From assembly GCA_963752595.1 (NCBI GenBank), contig CAVVYZ010000016.1:16471-80470 (forward strand): DNA of 64,000 nucleotides, read 5' to 3'. Position numbers and translations under genes: made by a program. Source of the DNA: an uncultured delta proteobacterium (GTDB lineage Bacteria > Desulfobacterota > Desulfomonilia > UBA1062). Positions 21,048-30,788 of the stretch are shown piece after piece (the stretch's first letter is position 1; each line of letters begins with the position of its first letter). The notes under the pieces were generated by a model. That model was not told where the DNA came from. It saw only the letters and a program-made list of their open reading frames with translations, and did not search any database.

Positions 21048-21793
21048 TAAGATTTCCCCTCCCCACGGCTGAATGACCGTTGACAGCTCTTCTCAAACTC
21101 CCGCAGCAGGTCTTGTGCGAACCGCTCGGACTCAAACCATTTCTTGATCTTGGCAAAAGATGCCTCATACACCTCGAAGGCCTCGGCCTTCTTGAGCGGC
21201 CCGAACTTTAAACCCGAGCCTAACCCTGATTCTATCTTGCAAGGGTCTATTTCCGCAAGTATGTTTCTTATGGTGCTGCGGGATGCGTCCTGGAACGCAT
21301 TGTGCGAGACGAGAAAAGCCTTCTTGATCTGCCCCAGGTATTCTTCGAGGGGCTTCGATAGCTCTTGCGATTCCAGATCCCCGCCGATGACGGCCCTGAT
21401 CGTCTCTTCCCCTGACCCGCTCCCGCCGAGCGTGGCATTCATCACCCGGATGATCTCGTTGAGAGAATCGAACACCGTGTTGAGCGAAGCAGCCAGCTTT
21501 TCCAGGGTCTGAGGGGATGACGCATCCGCCAGAGCGGCCCTGTTTCCCAGGAGGAGCCGGACGAAATCTTCCAGGACGGCAGAGCCCTGCTCCGGTTGCG
21601 CCTGTTTGCCTTTCAGCTCTTCCTGCACCCGGCGGGCGATGGCAATGCGCTCACCGGGTTGCAGCCCTTTGAGCTCTTCATCCAAATACTGCCTGATGGC
21701 TCCCTTTGCATCTGCTCCCTCGGCGGCATAGATGCCCTGTACGGCCCGGGCGAGTTTTGTGATCGATAACCGGTTGTTCATTACAGCAGCCAA
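21047..21793 (-). CDS. T6SS-associated protein resembling the Fha/TagH C-terminal domain, without an FHA domain
   Basis: SHNAFQDASRSTIRNILAEIDPCKIE..KKAEAFEVYEASF..FAQDLLREFEK resembles the TagH C-terminal pattern. The N-terminus looks helical with no FHA G-R/S-x-x-H motifs. Confidence 0.6.
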   Translation of the reverse strand: MAAVMNNRLSITKLARAVQGIYAAEGADAKGAIRQYLDEELKGLQPGERIAIARRVQEELKGKQAQPEQGSAVLEDFVRLLLGNRAALADASSPQTLEKLAASLNTVFDSLNEIIRVMNATLGGSGSGEETIRAVIGGDLESQELSKPLEEYLGQIKKAFLVSHNAFQDASRSTIRNILAEIDPCKIESGLGSGLKFGPLKKAEAFEVYEASFAKIKKWFESERFAQDLLREFEKSCQRSFSRGEGKS

Positions 21794-21794
21794 C

Positions 21795-24209
21795 CTACTT
21801 CTTTCCCTTGTCAGGATTGATGATGATCGTCTCTGCCAGAGAGTCGTCTTCCTTGAAAGGCTCGCTCTTCTTTTCCTCTTTCTTCATGTCCGGCATGCCG
21901 GTTCCGGCTCCGGGAATCTTCTTTCCCGCGCCCGAAATCGGGCTCATGATGACCGTCTCCGGGATATCGTCCTCGGGCTCGGGCCGGGTACGGCCCTTTT
22001 CCGTTTCCCTCGTCAGCGGTTTATCATTGGCTGCCGGGGCTGAACCCATGATCACGGTTTCCGGGACATCCTCCACGGTTCCGTGGCCGGTTTTCATGAT
22101 TACGGTCTCTTCCGGGCTCTCTTCCTGCTTGCCCGGGGACGACCCCATAATGACCGTCTCCGCAATCTCTTCCGGCTTCTTTGCCTGCGTGAGGATGACG
22201 CTCTTCGGCGACTGGCCGGCCTTCATATCTCCCATCAGGGTACGGACATGGTCGGCGGTAAGAACAATGGTCTCGTGGGAATCTTCCAGGCCGGTGTCCT
22301 TTGTTACGCTCTCTGCACACTCCTCGGGAGGAGCATGCATGACTACGGTCTTCTCACCATCCTGGTCGAGCGGGACTTCGACCCTGAACTGCTCCGGTGG
22401 AGAGGGGGATATGATCATGGTTTCTCCGCCGTCTTCTCCTGCCCTCCCCTCTCCTGTGGCTGCTCTTCCCTCTTCCGGCATCGCTCGCACTTTAGTAATC
22501 ACCGGTGCCGGCTGCTCCGGAGGAGCCGCCGTATCATGGCCGGTATCTCCGGGCGCTTTTTCTTGCATGGTTTCATACGATACGATGATGTCTTCAAGGA
22601 TTGAGCTGATGGCCTTTTCCGGGGACTTCGCCGTGCTTTCTCCGGCACCCGGCGCGTGGCTGAACAGCTCCTGCTTTACCGTGTCCCTTAAGAAGTCGAT
22701 GTCCTCCAGGAAAGCCGGGGCTGAAAATGCGGAATCCGGCTTCATGCCGTTTGCCAGCAGAGACCATCCGAGGTCCAGGGCCTTCTGCCAGAGCGCGGCC
22801 CATTCCTCACGGACCGTCGACCTGTCGGGGTTCCAGAAGATGTCTGCAGGATCAAAGATATGCTCGCCATTTATTCGTGCGAATCCGGCAGACCCTTGCT
22901 CCGGGGACGCAAGCAGGGAATTTATCCTCTCAGAAAGTGCTTTGCTGATATCGGAAGCCCCCTGGAGGTTGTTCGCGGCAAGGACCTGGAACCACAGGAG
23001 GCCGAGCATGTACGTTCCGTAGGAGGGCGGCATTGCGGGCAGGGCCGTCTCCCCCATCTCGATGATCTCGAGCGAGAAGTTCCAGAAGAACGGCAATCCG
23101 CTCTGTTGCTGCTGCAAGCTCACCCACAGCCTGTCCGCAGACCCGGCGAGATCCGGATAGCGGCATGCATTGGTTCCCGTAAGGACGATTTTTGAAAGCT
23201 GCGCGAGGAAGGCGCACTTAAGATAGAGGATTTCGAGGAATCTCCTCTCGTCCTGAGTGAAAAACAGGTGCTGCCCTGTTGAGAGTGAAGGGGCAAGCGC
23301 TTTGACCGAGAGCAGCCTGCCCGTCTCGTTGTTCCCGTTCAATCGGGTTTTGAGCTCGCTGCCGGCGGCGCCTGAAAGCAGGGCGAGGAAATCAAAGGCA
23401 TTGACCGTACCCGGCTCTAATACGAGCAGGAAGAAGGGGTAAAACGAAAACGGCACAATCCTCTGCCCGGCCAGTCCTTTGCTTTCATAACATTCCCTGC
23501 GGGTTGGACACGTTGTGCAGGGGAAGGATTCAGGGGGAGCGTCCTTGCCCATGAGCATTCCGAAATCCTTCACCAGTGCATGCCGGCCCTTTACCTTGGC
23601 CGGCTCGGTCCCCGCAGGGGCACTTGCGTAGAAATCAGTCGAACCCTTCTGCGAGAGGCACGAAGGGCAGTACAGGTAGCGGTTTAAAGATGAGGAGTAG
23701 GCTTTGAGCCCGTTTTCCTTCAGCACTGCATCATCGCGGCAGAGTATAAGATCGTTGCCGCAGAAAGGGCACGGCGGGTGGAAAAACGTTTCTGTGGCGC
23801 GGCAGTAGAATAATGATGAAAACGGGATGAGGCTGCCGTCTTCGCCCACCTGCCCCTGCAGGGTGATGAGCGAGTCGCCTTTCTTCCGGAAGACTCTCTG
23901 CCAGCTTTCCTCCACGAGAAGATTTGTCATGGGTACGATGCCGCCGGTACTCATGGAATACGCATCTTTCGAGACCAGGAGGAATAGCTGCTTTACCGGC
24001 CGGGAGCCGCCGCTTTTGACCTGTGCTGCAATGATGCGGGTAAACGGCCCTGATTCACTGACAACCGCAAAGGGAGACCGGGGCTGTTCTTCGTCCGGCC
24101 GGTCATCGTTCATGCGTGATACGCTTAAGCGGAAGCCCGGATGAGCGGGCAGCAGATATGGCAGCAATGTTGGGTATGCGGGTGTATGGTCCATCGTCAT
24201 CCTCTCCAC
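21795..24209 (-). CDS. Large hypothetical T6SS-cluster protein: CxxC clusters plus acidic tail with repeated ETVIM motifs
   Basis: Intact 804-aa ORF (true start may be ~24194 or later). CPFC, CPSC and CTTC motifs, and a low-complexity tail with 8 E/K-T-h-h-h repeats. Stop abuts the next gene. Confidence 0.8.
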   Translation of the reverse strand: MERMTMDHTPAYPTLLPYLLPAHPGFRLSVSRMNDDRPDEEQPRSPFAVVSESGPFTRIIAAQVKSGGSRPVKQLFLLVSKDAYSMSTGGIVPMTNLLVEESWQRVFRKKGDSLITLQGQVGEDGSLIPFSSLFYCRATETFFHPPCPFCGNDLILCRDDAVLKENGLKAYSSSLNRYLYCPSCLSQKGSTDFYASAPAGTEPAKVKGRHALVKDFGMLMGKDAPPESFPCTTCPTRRECYESKGLAGQRIVPFSFYPFFLLVLEPGTVNAFDFLALLSGAAGSELKTRLNGNNETGRLLSVKALAPSLSTGQHLFFTQDERRFLEILYLKCAFLAQLSKIVLTGTNACRYPDLAGSADRLWVSLQQQQSGLPFFWNFSLEIIEMGETALPAMPPSYGTYMLGLLWFQVLAANNLQGASDISKALSERINSLLASPEQGSAGFARINGEHIFDPADIFWNPDRSTVREEWAALWQKALDLGWSLLANGMKPDSAFSAPAFLEDIDFLRDTVKQELFSHAPGAGESTAKSPEKAISSILEDIIVSYETMQEKAPGDTGHDTAAPPEQPAPVITKVRAMPEEGRAATGEGRAGEDGGETMIISPSPPEQFRVEVPLDQDGEKTVVMHAPPEECAESVTKDTGLEDSHETIVLTADHVRTLMGDMKAGQSPKSVILTQAKKPEEIAETVIMGSSPGKQEESPEETVIMKTGHGTVEDVPETVIMGSAPAANDKPLTRETEKGRTRPEPEDDIPETVIMSPISGAGKKIPGAGTGMPDMKKEEKKSEPFKEDDSLAETIIINPDKGKK

Positions 24210-24659
24210 ATAAGACCGGCGTCAATACAGGCAGAACCTGCAGACTTCGAACCGAGGCCGCGGAAGATCTGCTTAAATGCATGGTTCTTCACCCGCAAGA
24301 CGGGCATCATGCTATTCATTCGCATAAACCTGCGTATCCAATGAAAACCCCCGGGGGCTAAGCTTAAATTCCAAAGATCTCTTCTCGGAAAGGCAGCAGC
24401 TAAAATTGAGGGTGAGTGGAGCGTTTTTTTCAGCATCCGCCGCATGGCCGGATGCCTGCCCGGATGGGATCATGGATACAATGCTCCGCTCTCCAGGGTG
24501 AAAATCTCATGGAAGTAGTTGTCTTGAAAGGTATCAATTTTTATGCGCCACACTCATTCACATTCAATCATCATATTCGATGCCCGAAAAGATCCCTGTT
24601 TCTTGCAATTACTTTGTTTTTGTATATAGCAATTTCCCAAGACAGGTACAAGCGTATAT

Positions 24660-26171
24660 TTATGAAAATTCTGAGTATTTTATAAAATTCCGGGCAATTT
24701 CAGGGGAGTATTCAACCCGGCACCTCTTCCCCACCATCTCGGTGCGTTCCATGGCAAGGAGCTCATCCGGTTGTGCATCGACATGCGCCAGGGCTCTGCT
24801 CCCATCGGAAAGCCTCCCGATCACGGTCCCGCTCACCGGTTCACCCTTGCTGCCGTGCCTGATCACATAGGCCTCGATCGCGAGCTCGCCTTGAGCCTTC
24901 TCGACAGGCTCGGGCAGGGCCGCTGCGTCGATCTTGTGCTGGATAAGGGAATCATCCCTCCCGGTCCAGGGATTGACAGGAGGTTCGCCGCCGTAGACGC
25001 CGATGGAATGCTTGGTGATGTACCAGCCGTTCGCCGTGACCATGGCCTTCCTGGATCTGTTCAGCCTGATCGCATCCGCAGCAGAGGCGATTGCATGCAG
25101 CGAATAGTTGTTCCCCGGCCCGCCGAAGAATGCGAGCCCTCCGGTGAGGCTCAAGGGTCTCGGGTCGTCCTCGGCAATGCCGATCTCTTTCATGGCGATC
25201 TCCACCGCAGACGGAAAGCAGCTGTAGAGGTCGAAAATATCGATGTCGTCAAGCCTCAACCCGGCCTGGGACAGGGCCAGCTGCGAGGCGTTCCTGATAG
25301 CAGGGGAGGAATCGAGCCTGGGCCTCCGGGAGACGTTCCATATATCGTTGAAATCTGCACCGCCGAGGGGATAGACCCATTTGTCACGACCGATCCCGAG
25401 CTCTTCCGCGACCTCGCTCGTGGTCAGGAGCACGGCCGCTGCCTGGTCCACATTGATATTCGCATTCATGTGCTTGGTATAGGGGTAGCTGATGTAGCGG
25501 TTCTCCGGCGTCACTTCCGCGATCTCCGCCGCACTTATGGGCTTCCGTATCCAGGCATGGGGATTCCCGGCTGCAGCCTGAGAGAGCTTTTCCCAGAGCC
25601 TTGCCATGTAACGCCTGTGCTCGTCAGGGCTCCTGCCGGAAGCCCCCCGGATGGCGGTCTCGAAGAGGGGGTACATCACTGAGGGAAAGAAAAGGTCATA
25701 GCCGGCCTCGATATTGCTGACGCCAGGGACCTCCGTACCGTCGATGCACTCGGGAGGCTTGCTCTCCGGCCAGTCGAGCGCAATCTCGCCCTTCAGGGCA
25801 CGGCGGATGGAATAAATCGCCTCCGCCCCGGTGATCAGAACCGCCCTCGTCCTGCCGGAAGCCAGGACACGGCACGCCCTGTTGACCAGCAGCTGCGGGG
25901 TATTACCGCCGATGGGGAGATAGGAGCGCTCCTTCGGATCGATCCCGAGTTTCCCGCAGAGCATCCCCGGCGCATCCCGGTACGGCCACTGAAAGAGGTT
26001 CACCACATGCAGCGTATCGATGATTTCTTTTATCCCGCTGACACCGGCATCATCGATGGCTTCCCTGCAGACCCGCGCCATGAGGCTCAACGGATCAAGG
26101 GGTTTTTCAGCGTTCTTCCTTTGAGTATATTGGGAGATGCCTGCAAGGATGGGAGTGTAAATTTTTGACAT
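24660..26171 (-). CDS. Thiolase-like acetyl-CoA acetyltransferase with C-terminal extension
   Basis: GGNTPQLLVN, VLITGAEA, NVDQAAAVLL, DLYSCFPSAV, TGGLAFFGGPGNNYSLHAI, NGWYITKH. Confidence 0.85.
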   Translation of the reverse strand: MSKIYTPILAGISQYTQRKNAEKPLDPLSLMARVCREAIDDAGVSGIKEIIDTLHVVNLFQWPYRDAPGMLCGKLGIDPKERSYLPIGGNTPQLLVNRACRVLASGRTRAVLITGAEAIYSIRRALKGEIALDWPESKPPECIDGTEVPGVSNIEAGYDLFFPSVMYPLFETAIRGASGRSPDEHRRYMARLWEKLSQAAAGNPHAWIRKPISAAEIAEVTPENRYISYPYTKHMNANINVDQAAAVLLTTSEVAEELGIGRDKWVYPLGGADFNDIWNVSRRPRLDSSPAIRNASQLALSQAGLRLDDIDIFDLYSCFPSAVEIAMKEIGIAEDDPRPLSLTGGLAFFGGPGNNYSLHAIASAADAIRLNRSRKAMVTANGWYITKHSIGVYGGEPPVNPWTGRDDSLIQHKIDAAALPEPVEKAQGELAIEAYVIRHGSKGEPVSGTVIGRLSDGSRALAHVDAQPDELLAMERTEMVGKRCRVEYSPEIARNFIKYSEFS

Positions 26172-26207
26172 TGTTTGGAAATATAGATTTTTTTTCCGAG
26201 CCTGTCA

Positions 26208-28451
26208 ATGAAACTGCAGATCCGTTCCCAGCAAGAACACGCCGGACCGGCCGCAAAAAACGATCTTCATTTCACTCCCGGAATGGTATATGAAAAGGAT
26301 CATATAATAAGAATGTATGTTCTCGAGGATCTTAACAAAGCCATGCGCATGAAAGATATGATGACACGCTCTTTCGAGAGCCTGAGCCCTGATGACGACT
26401 TGAGCACGGTGGCACGGCTTTTCCGGGAGACCCGGCTCGAGGCGCTACCCGTGACCGATGCGCGGGACGGCCGCCTCATCGGCATCATGACCAAGGCGAA
26501 CCTCTATGATGCGGTGGCAAAGGGCATGACGCCGGATATGCCCATCCACGATCTCTATTCAACGGATATCCTGAAGCTCGATGAGGACCTTTCCTATGAT
26601 GAAGTCAAGGAGATCGTGCGCACGAGCCATGCAGGCAACGCAATCGTGGTGAATGACCGTGATGAGGTAAAGGGCATCTTCACCAAGGCCGGGTGGATCA
26701 TGGCCATGCTCAAGCGCGAGACCCAGCTCAACAACAACCTCAATGTCATCCTCCAGACCATGCATAACGGCCTCGTTGCCATTGACAGGAAAGGCGCCGT
26801 GGTCGAGATCAACAAGGCTGCACAGAAGGCGCTTTCCGTAGATGGAGAAGAAACCCTCGGCAGGGATGTAACAGAGATCCTGCCCGGCTTGCAGCTCGAG
26901 AGCGTCCTCGAAAAGGGGCAGCCCTCGATCGGACACCTCTTCTCGGCCCATGAGATCAGTCTCCTGTGCAACATCACCCCCATTACCAGGGAAGGCAAGG
27001 TCAACGGCGCCATTATCGTGTTCCAGGATGTGACCGACCTCGTGCTTATCATCACCGAGCTCGAGAGCGTCACGAAGCTCAACCGGACGCTGCAGTCGGT
27101 CATGAACCTTGCCTATGACGGGATCATTGTCGTGGACGAAAAGGGGCTTCTCTCCATGGTGAACAAGGCTGCCGAGAGTTTCCTCCGCAGGAATGCGGGG
27201 CTGATCGTGGGAAAGCCGGTGGAAGAGGTCATCGAGAATACCCGGATCCACCAGGTCCTCAAGACAGGGGTCCCCGAGATCAACCATCTCCAGTTCATCA
27301 GGGGCGTACCCTATGTGGTTTCGTCGCTTCCCATCATCCGCAAGGGTCAGGTGGTGGGCGCGGTGGGCAAGATCCTGTTCCGCAACCTCGACGAGGTCAA
27401 GGATCTTGCCAGGAAGCTCGCCAATGTCGACCACGAGGTGTCGTATCAGGGCGGCAGGGATCCCGAAGAGCCTCTTTCCGCAGGAGATTTCGACCATATC
27501 GTCACGGCAGACCCTGCGTTCAGGCAGATCATCGACGAGGCGGCAATCGTGTCGCGCGGAACCTCGAACATCCTCATCACGGGCGAGAGCGGCACCGGAA
27601 AGGAGCTCATCGCCCAGGCCATCCACAAAAACAGCAGCAACAGGAACGGCCCGCTGGTCAAGGTCAACTGCGCCGCCATACCGGACAGCCTCATGGAATC
27701 CGAATTCTTCGGGTATACTTCAGGTGCGTTCACCGGCGCACACCGTAGCGGCAAGAAGGGCAAGCTCGCCATGGCGGACGGAGGCACCCTCTTCCTGGAC
27801 GAGATCGGCGACATGCCCCTGTTCCTGCAGAGCAAGCTCCTGAGGGTGGTCCAGGATAAGTCCTTCGAGCCTGTCGGCTCGAACAAACCCCAGAAGATCG
27901 ATGTGAGGTTCATAGCGGCCACCAACCAGGACATCGAGGAGATGGTAGTCCAGGGCGGGTTCCGCTCGGATCTCTTCTACCGCCTCAACGTCATACACCT
28001 GCACATACCCCCTCTACGGGAAAGGCGGCAGGACATCAGCCTGCTGGTCCAGTATTTCCTGGAGAAGTACAACCGCATCTTCGGCACGTGTGCGCGGGAC
28101 ATCTCACCCGAGGTGCGCGAGGTCTTCCTCGACCACGACTGGCCGGGGAATGTCCGCGAGCTGGAAAATGTCATCGAGCGGGGAATAAACTTTGCGAGGG
28201 GCACGACAATAGAAAAGCAGGACCTGCCGCACTATTTGCGTGACCGTGCAAAGCCTGCACCTCATCCACAGAAAGTTTATCGGAAAAATCAGGGGCTGAA
28301 GCCCAGCCGCGAAGACCATGAGAAAGAGCTCGTGCTGGATGCCTTGAGGCAGGCAGGCGGAAACAAGGCCGAAGCAGCCAGGATTCTCGGCATCAGCAGA
28401 TCTTGGCTCTATGAGAAGATGACCAAAATCGGGATTTCTTCCCGGAGTTAG
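26208..28451 (+). CDS. Sigma54-dependent activator with CBS pair, two PAS domains, AAA+ and Fis HTH (start likely ~26313-26349)
   Basis: ITGESGTGKEL, GAFTGA, GTLFLDEIGDM, WPGNVRELEN, GNKAEAARILGISR. Confidence 0.93.
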   Translation: MKLQIRSQQEHAGPAAKNDLHFTPGMVYEKDHIIRMYVLEDLNKAMRMKDMMTRSFESLSPDDDLSTVARLFRETRLEALPVTDARDGRLIGIMTKANLYDAVAKGMTPDMPIHDLYSTDILKLDEDLSYDEVKEIVRTSHAGNAIVVNDRDEVKGIFTKAGWIMAMLKRETQLNNNLNVILQTMHNGLVAIDRKGAVVEINKAAQKALSVDGEETLGRDVTEILPGLQLESVLEKGQPSIGHLFSAHEISLLCNITPITREGKVNGAIIVFQDVTDLVLIITELESVTKLNRTLQSVMNLAYDGIIVVDEKGLLSMVNKAAESFLRRNAGLIVGKPVEEVIENTRIHQVLKTGVPEINHLQFIRGVPYVVSSLPIIRKGQVVGAVGKILFRNLDEVKDLARKLANVDHEVSYQGGRDPEEPLSAGDFDHIVTADPAFRQIIDEAAIVSRGTSNILITGESGTGKELIAQAIHKNSSNRNGPLVKVNCAAIPDSLMESEFFGYTSGAFTGAHRSGKKGKLAMADGGTLFLDEIGDMPLFLQSKLLRVVQDKSFEPVGSNKPQKIDVRFIAATNQDIEEMVVQGGFRSDLFYRLNVIHLHIPPLRERRQDISLLVQYFLEKYNRIFGTCARDISPEVREVFLDHDWPGNVRELENVIERGINFARGTTIEKQDLPHYLRDRAKPAPHPQKVYRKNQGLKPSREDHEKELVLDALRQAGGNKAEAARILGISRSWLYEKMTKIGISSRS

Positions 28452-28510
28452 CCTCTCCGTTCGCGTCACCTCATCCGCTTGAGGGCCGAATGATCGAAAG
28501 GGCGGACACC

Positions 28511-28547
28511 TGTCCGTAATCCCTGACAATTTCCGGGATACCGGACA
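28511..28547. promoter_or_regulatory. Candidate bEBP upstream activator sites (TGT-N12-ACA pair)
   Basis: TGTCCGTAATCCCTGACA followed by TTTCCGGGATACCGGACA, 55-90 bp upstream of the -24 element. Confidence 0.55.
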
Positions 28548-28601
28548 CATACCCTTATTGCTTTGTATTATTATAATACGATAAACGCTGGATCTTCCCT
28601 A

Positions 28602-28618
28602 CTGGCATGCCTGTTGCT
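28602..28618 (+). promoter_or_regulatory. Sigma54 -24/-12 promoter of prpE
   Basis: CTGGCATGCCTGTTGCT has exact GG-N10-GC spacing and is preceded by an AT-rich tract. Confidence 0.85.
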
Positions 28619-28690
28619 CATATATCACGGACGTGCAGCCCTTCAGGTGTGGGGGGATGAGCGACACTACTTTATCAGGAGGTTTCATCA

Positions 28691-30586
28691 ATGTTCAAGT
28701 CGTATGAGGACGCGTACAAGCGTTCTTTGGAAGACAAGGAAGGTTTCTGGAGCATAGCGGCCGGGGCGATTCAGTGGGACAAGAAGTGGGACAAGGTGCT
28801 GGACGACTCCAAGGCACCGATCTACCGGTGGTTCACGGGGGGCAGGCTGAACACCTGCTACAACGCCGTTGACTACCACGTGGAAAACGGCAGGAAGGAC
28901 CAGGTTGCCATCATCTATGACTCCCCGGTCACGAACACGATCCGCACGATCACCTATGGGGAGCTGCTCGGGGAGGTTTCCCTGTTCGCGGGAGTGCTCA
29001 AATCCCTGGGCGTGAACAAGGGCGACCGCGTTGTCATCTACATGCCCATGATCCCCGAGGCGGCCGTAGCCATGCTCGCCTGCGCGCGGATCGGCGCGAT
29101 CCATTCGCTGGTGTTCGGCGGGTTCGCACCCAACGAGCTCGCGGTAAGGATCGAGGATGCCAAGCCGAAGGTCATGCTGTCCGCATCGTGCGGGATCGAG
29201 CCCAAGGGCGCCATCCCCTACAAGCCGCTGCTGGACAAGGCCATCGAGCTTTCGAGCCACAAGCCGGAAAAATGCGTGATCTACCAGAGGCCGCAGGCCA
29301 AGGCGGATCTTACCCCGGGCAGGGATATCGACTGGCAGGACGCCATCAAAGGGGCCAAACCGGCAGGCTGCGTGATCGTAGAGGCAACCGACCCGCTTTA
29401 TATCCTCTATACATCGGGCACGACAGGAATCCCCAAAGGTGTCGTCCGGGACAACGGCGGACACGCCGTGGCCTTGAAGTGGACCATGAAGCACATCTAC
29501 GGCGTGGAGCCTGGAGACGTGTACTGGGCGGCGTCGGACGTGGGCTGGGTGGTCGGCCACTCGTACATCATCTATGCACCGCTGCTCTACGGGTGCACGA
29601 CCATCATGTACGAGGGGAAACCCGTGGGCACCCCTGATCCGGGCGCGTTCTGGCGGGTGGTTTCCCAGCACAAGGTCAAGGTGCTCTTCACCGCTCCCAC
29701 GGCGTTTCGGGCCATCAAGAAGGAAGACCCGACAGGTTCCTACCTGGGAAAATACGACATTTCCTGTCTGAAATATCTGTTCCTTGCAGGCGAACGGCTC
29801 GACCCCGATACCTACCACTGGGCCGGCGACATGCTGAAAATCCCGGTCGTGGACCACTGGTGGCAGACAGAGACCGGATGGGCCATTGCCGCGAACTGCA
29901 TGGGCATTGAGGAGCTGCCCATCAAACCGGGTTCCCCCACGAAGCCTGCGCCGGGCTACGATGTGAGGATCATGAACGACAACGGAAAAGAAATGGAGAA
30001 CGGCGGTGAGGGCGTCATCGGGATCAGGCTCCCGCTGCCCCCCGGCTGCCTCCCCACCTTATGGCAGAGAGACGATGCCTACATCAGCTCATACTTGAGC
30101 GACTATCCGGGATACTACGCCACGGGCGACGGCGGGTACAAGGACGCTGACGGCTACATGTACATCATGGGCAGGGTCGACGACATCATCAACGTTGCCG
30201 GCCACAGGCTCTCGACCGGAGGCATGGAAGAGGTCGTAGCAAAACATCCCAATGTCGCCGAGTGCGCTGTCATAGGGGTCGAAGACCAGCTCAAGGGGCA
30301 GGTGCCCGTTGGCTTCGTAGTCCTCAAGGCCGGTGTCACCAAGGCCGAGCAGGAGATCCAGAAAGAGGTCGTGGGCATGGTCCGAAACGAAATCGGGGCT
30401 TTAGCCTGCCTGAAGGATATCACCGTGGTCAAGCGCCTGCCCAAGACCAGGAGCGGCAAGATCCTGCGGGCGACCATGCGCAAGATCGCGGACGGCCAGA
30501 AGTTCACGGTGCCTTCAACGATCGAAGACCCGGCGGTGCTCGGTGAGATCGAGACTGCATTGAAGGAGATCGGCTATCCCAAATGA
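28691..30586 (+). CDS. prpE: Propionyl-CoA synthetase (acetate/propionate-CoA ligase)
   Basis: YILYTSGTTGIPKGVVRDNGGH, AASDVGWVVGHSY, DHWWQTETG, LPKTRSGKILR; AGGAGG RBS. Confidence 0.9.
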   Translation: MFKSYEDAYKRSLEDKEGFWSIAAGAIQWDKKWDKVLDDSKAPIYRWFTGGRLNTCYNAVDYHVENGRKDQVAIIYDSPVTNTIRTITYGELLGEVSLFAGVLKSLGVNKGDRVVIYMPMIPEAAVAMLACARIGAIHSLVFGGFAPNELAVRIEDAKPKVMLSASCGIEPKGAIPYKPLLDKAIELSSHKPEKCVIYQRPQAKADLTPGRDIDWQDAIKGAKPAGCVIVEATDPLYILYTSGTTGIPKGVVRDNGGHAVALKWTMKHIYGVEPGDVYWAASDVGWVVGHSYIIYAPLLYGCTTIMYEGKPVGTPDPGAFWRVVSQHKVKVLFTAPTAFRAIKKEDPTGSYLGKYDISCLKYLFLAGERLDPDTYHWAGDMLKIPVVDHWWQTETGWAIAANCMGIEELPIKPGSPTKPAPGYDVRIMNDNGKEMENGGEGVIGIRLPLPPGCLPTLWQRDDAYISSYLSDYPGYYATGDGGYKDADGYMYIMGRVDDIINVAGHRLSTGGMEEVVAKHPNVAECAVIGVEDQLKGQVPVGFVVLKAGVTKAEQEIQKEVVGMVRNEIGALACLKDITVVKRLPKTRSGKILRATMRKIADGQKFTVPSTIEDPAVLGEIETALKEIGYPK

Positions 30587-30596
30587 CAGCTTGGAA

Positions 30597-30619
30597 GGGG
30601 GCAGGCATGCCCTGCCCCC
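30597..30619 (+). terminator. Probable intrinsic terminator after prpE
   Basis: GGGGGCAGG-CATGC-CCTGCCCCC followed by aatgtttt. Confidence 0.55.
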
Positions 30620-30788
30620 AATGTTTTAAGATTAAAGCGACTCCTTAAGATACGGCTATCCCTTCATCCTGCCGGATAAGGGGTAGTTCAAGCCTTCTTT
30701 CGTTTCAGCGCCGGAGTTTCTTTCTTTCACAAAAAAAACAGGCTTTGGGGAACTATACCCTAAGGCACCTGACATAAAGGAGAATACA

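Noticed and set aside
24210-24660. Riboswitch or sigma54 promoter upstream of the T6SS cluster
   Set aside because: A hairpin is present (~24433-24455), but I found no c-di-GMP riboswitch consensus and no exact GG-N10-GC element on the minus strand.
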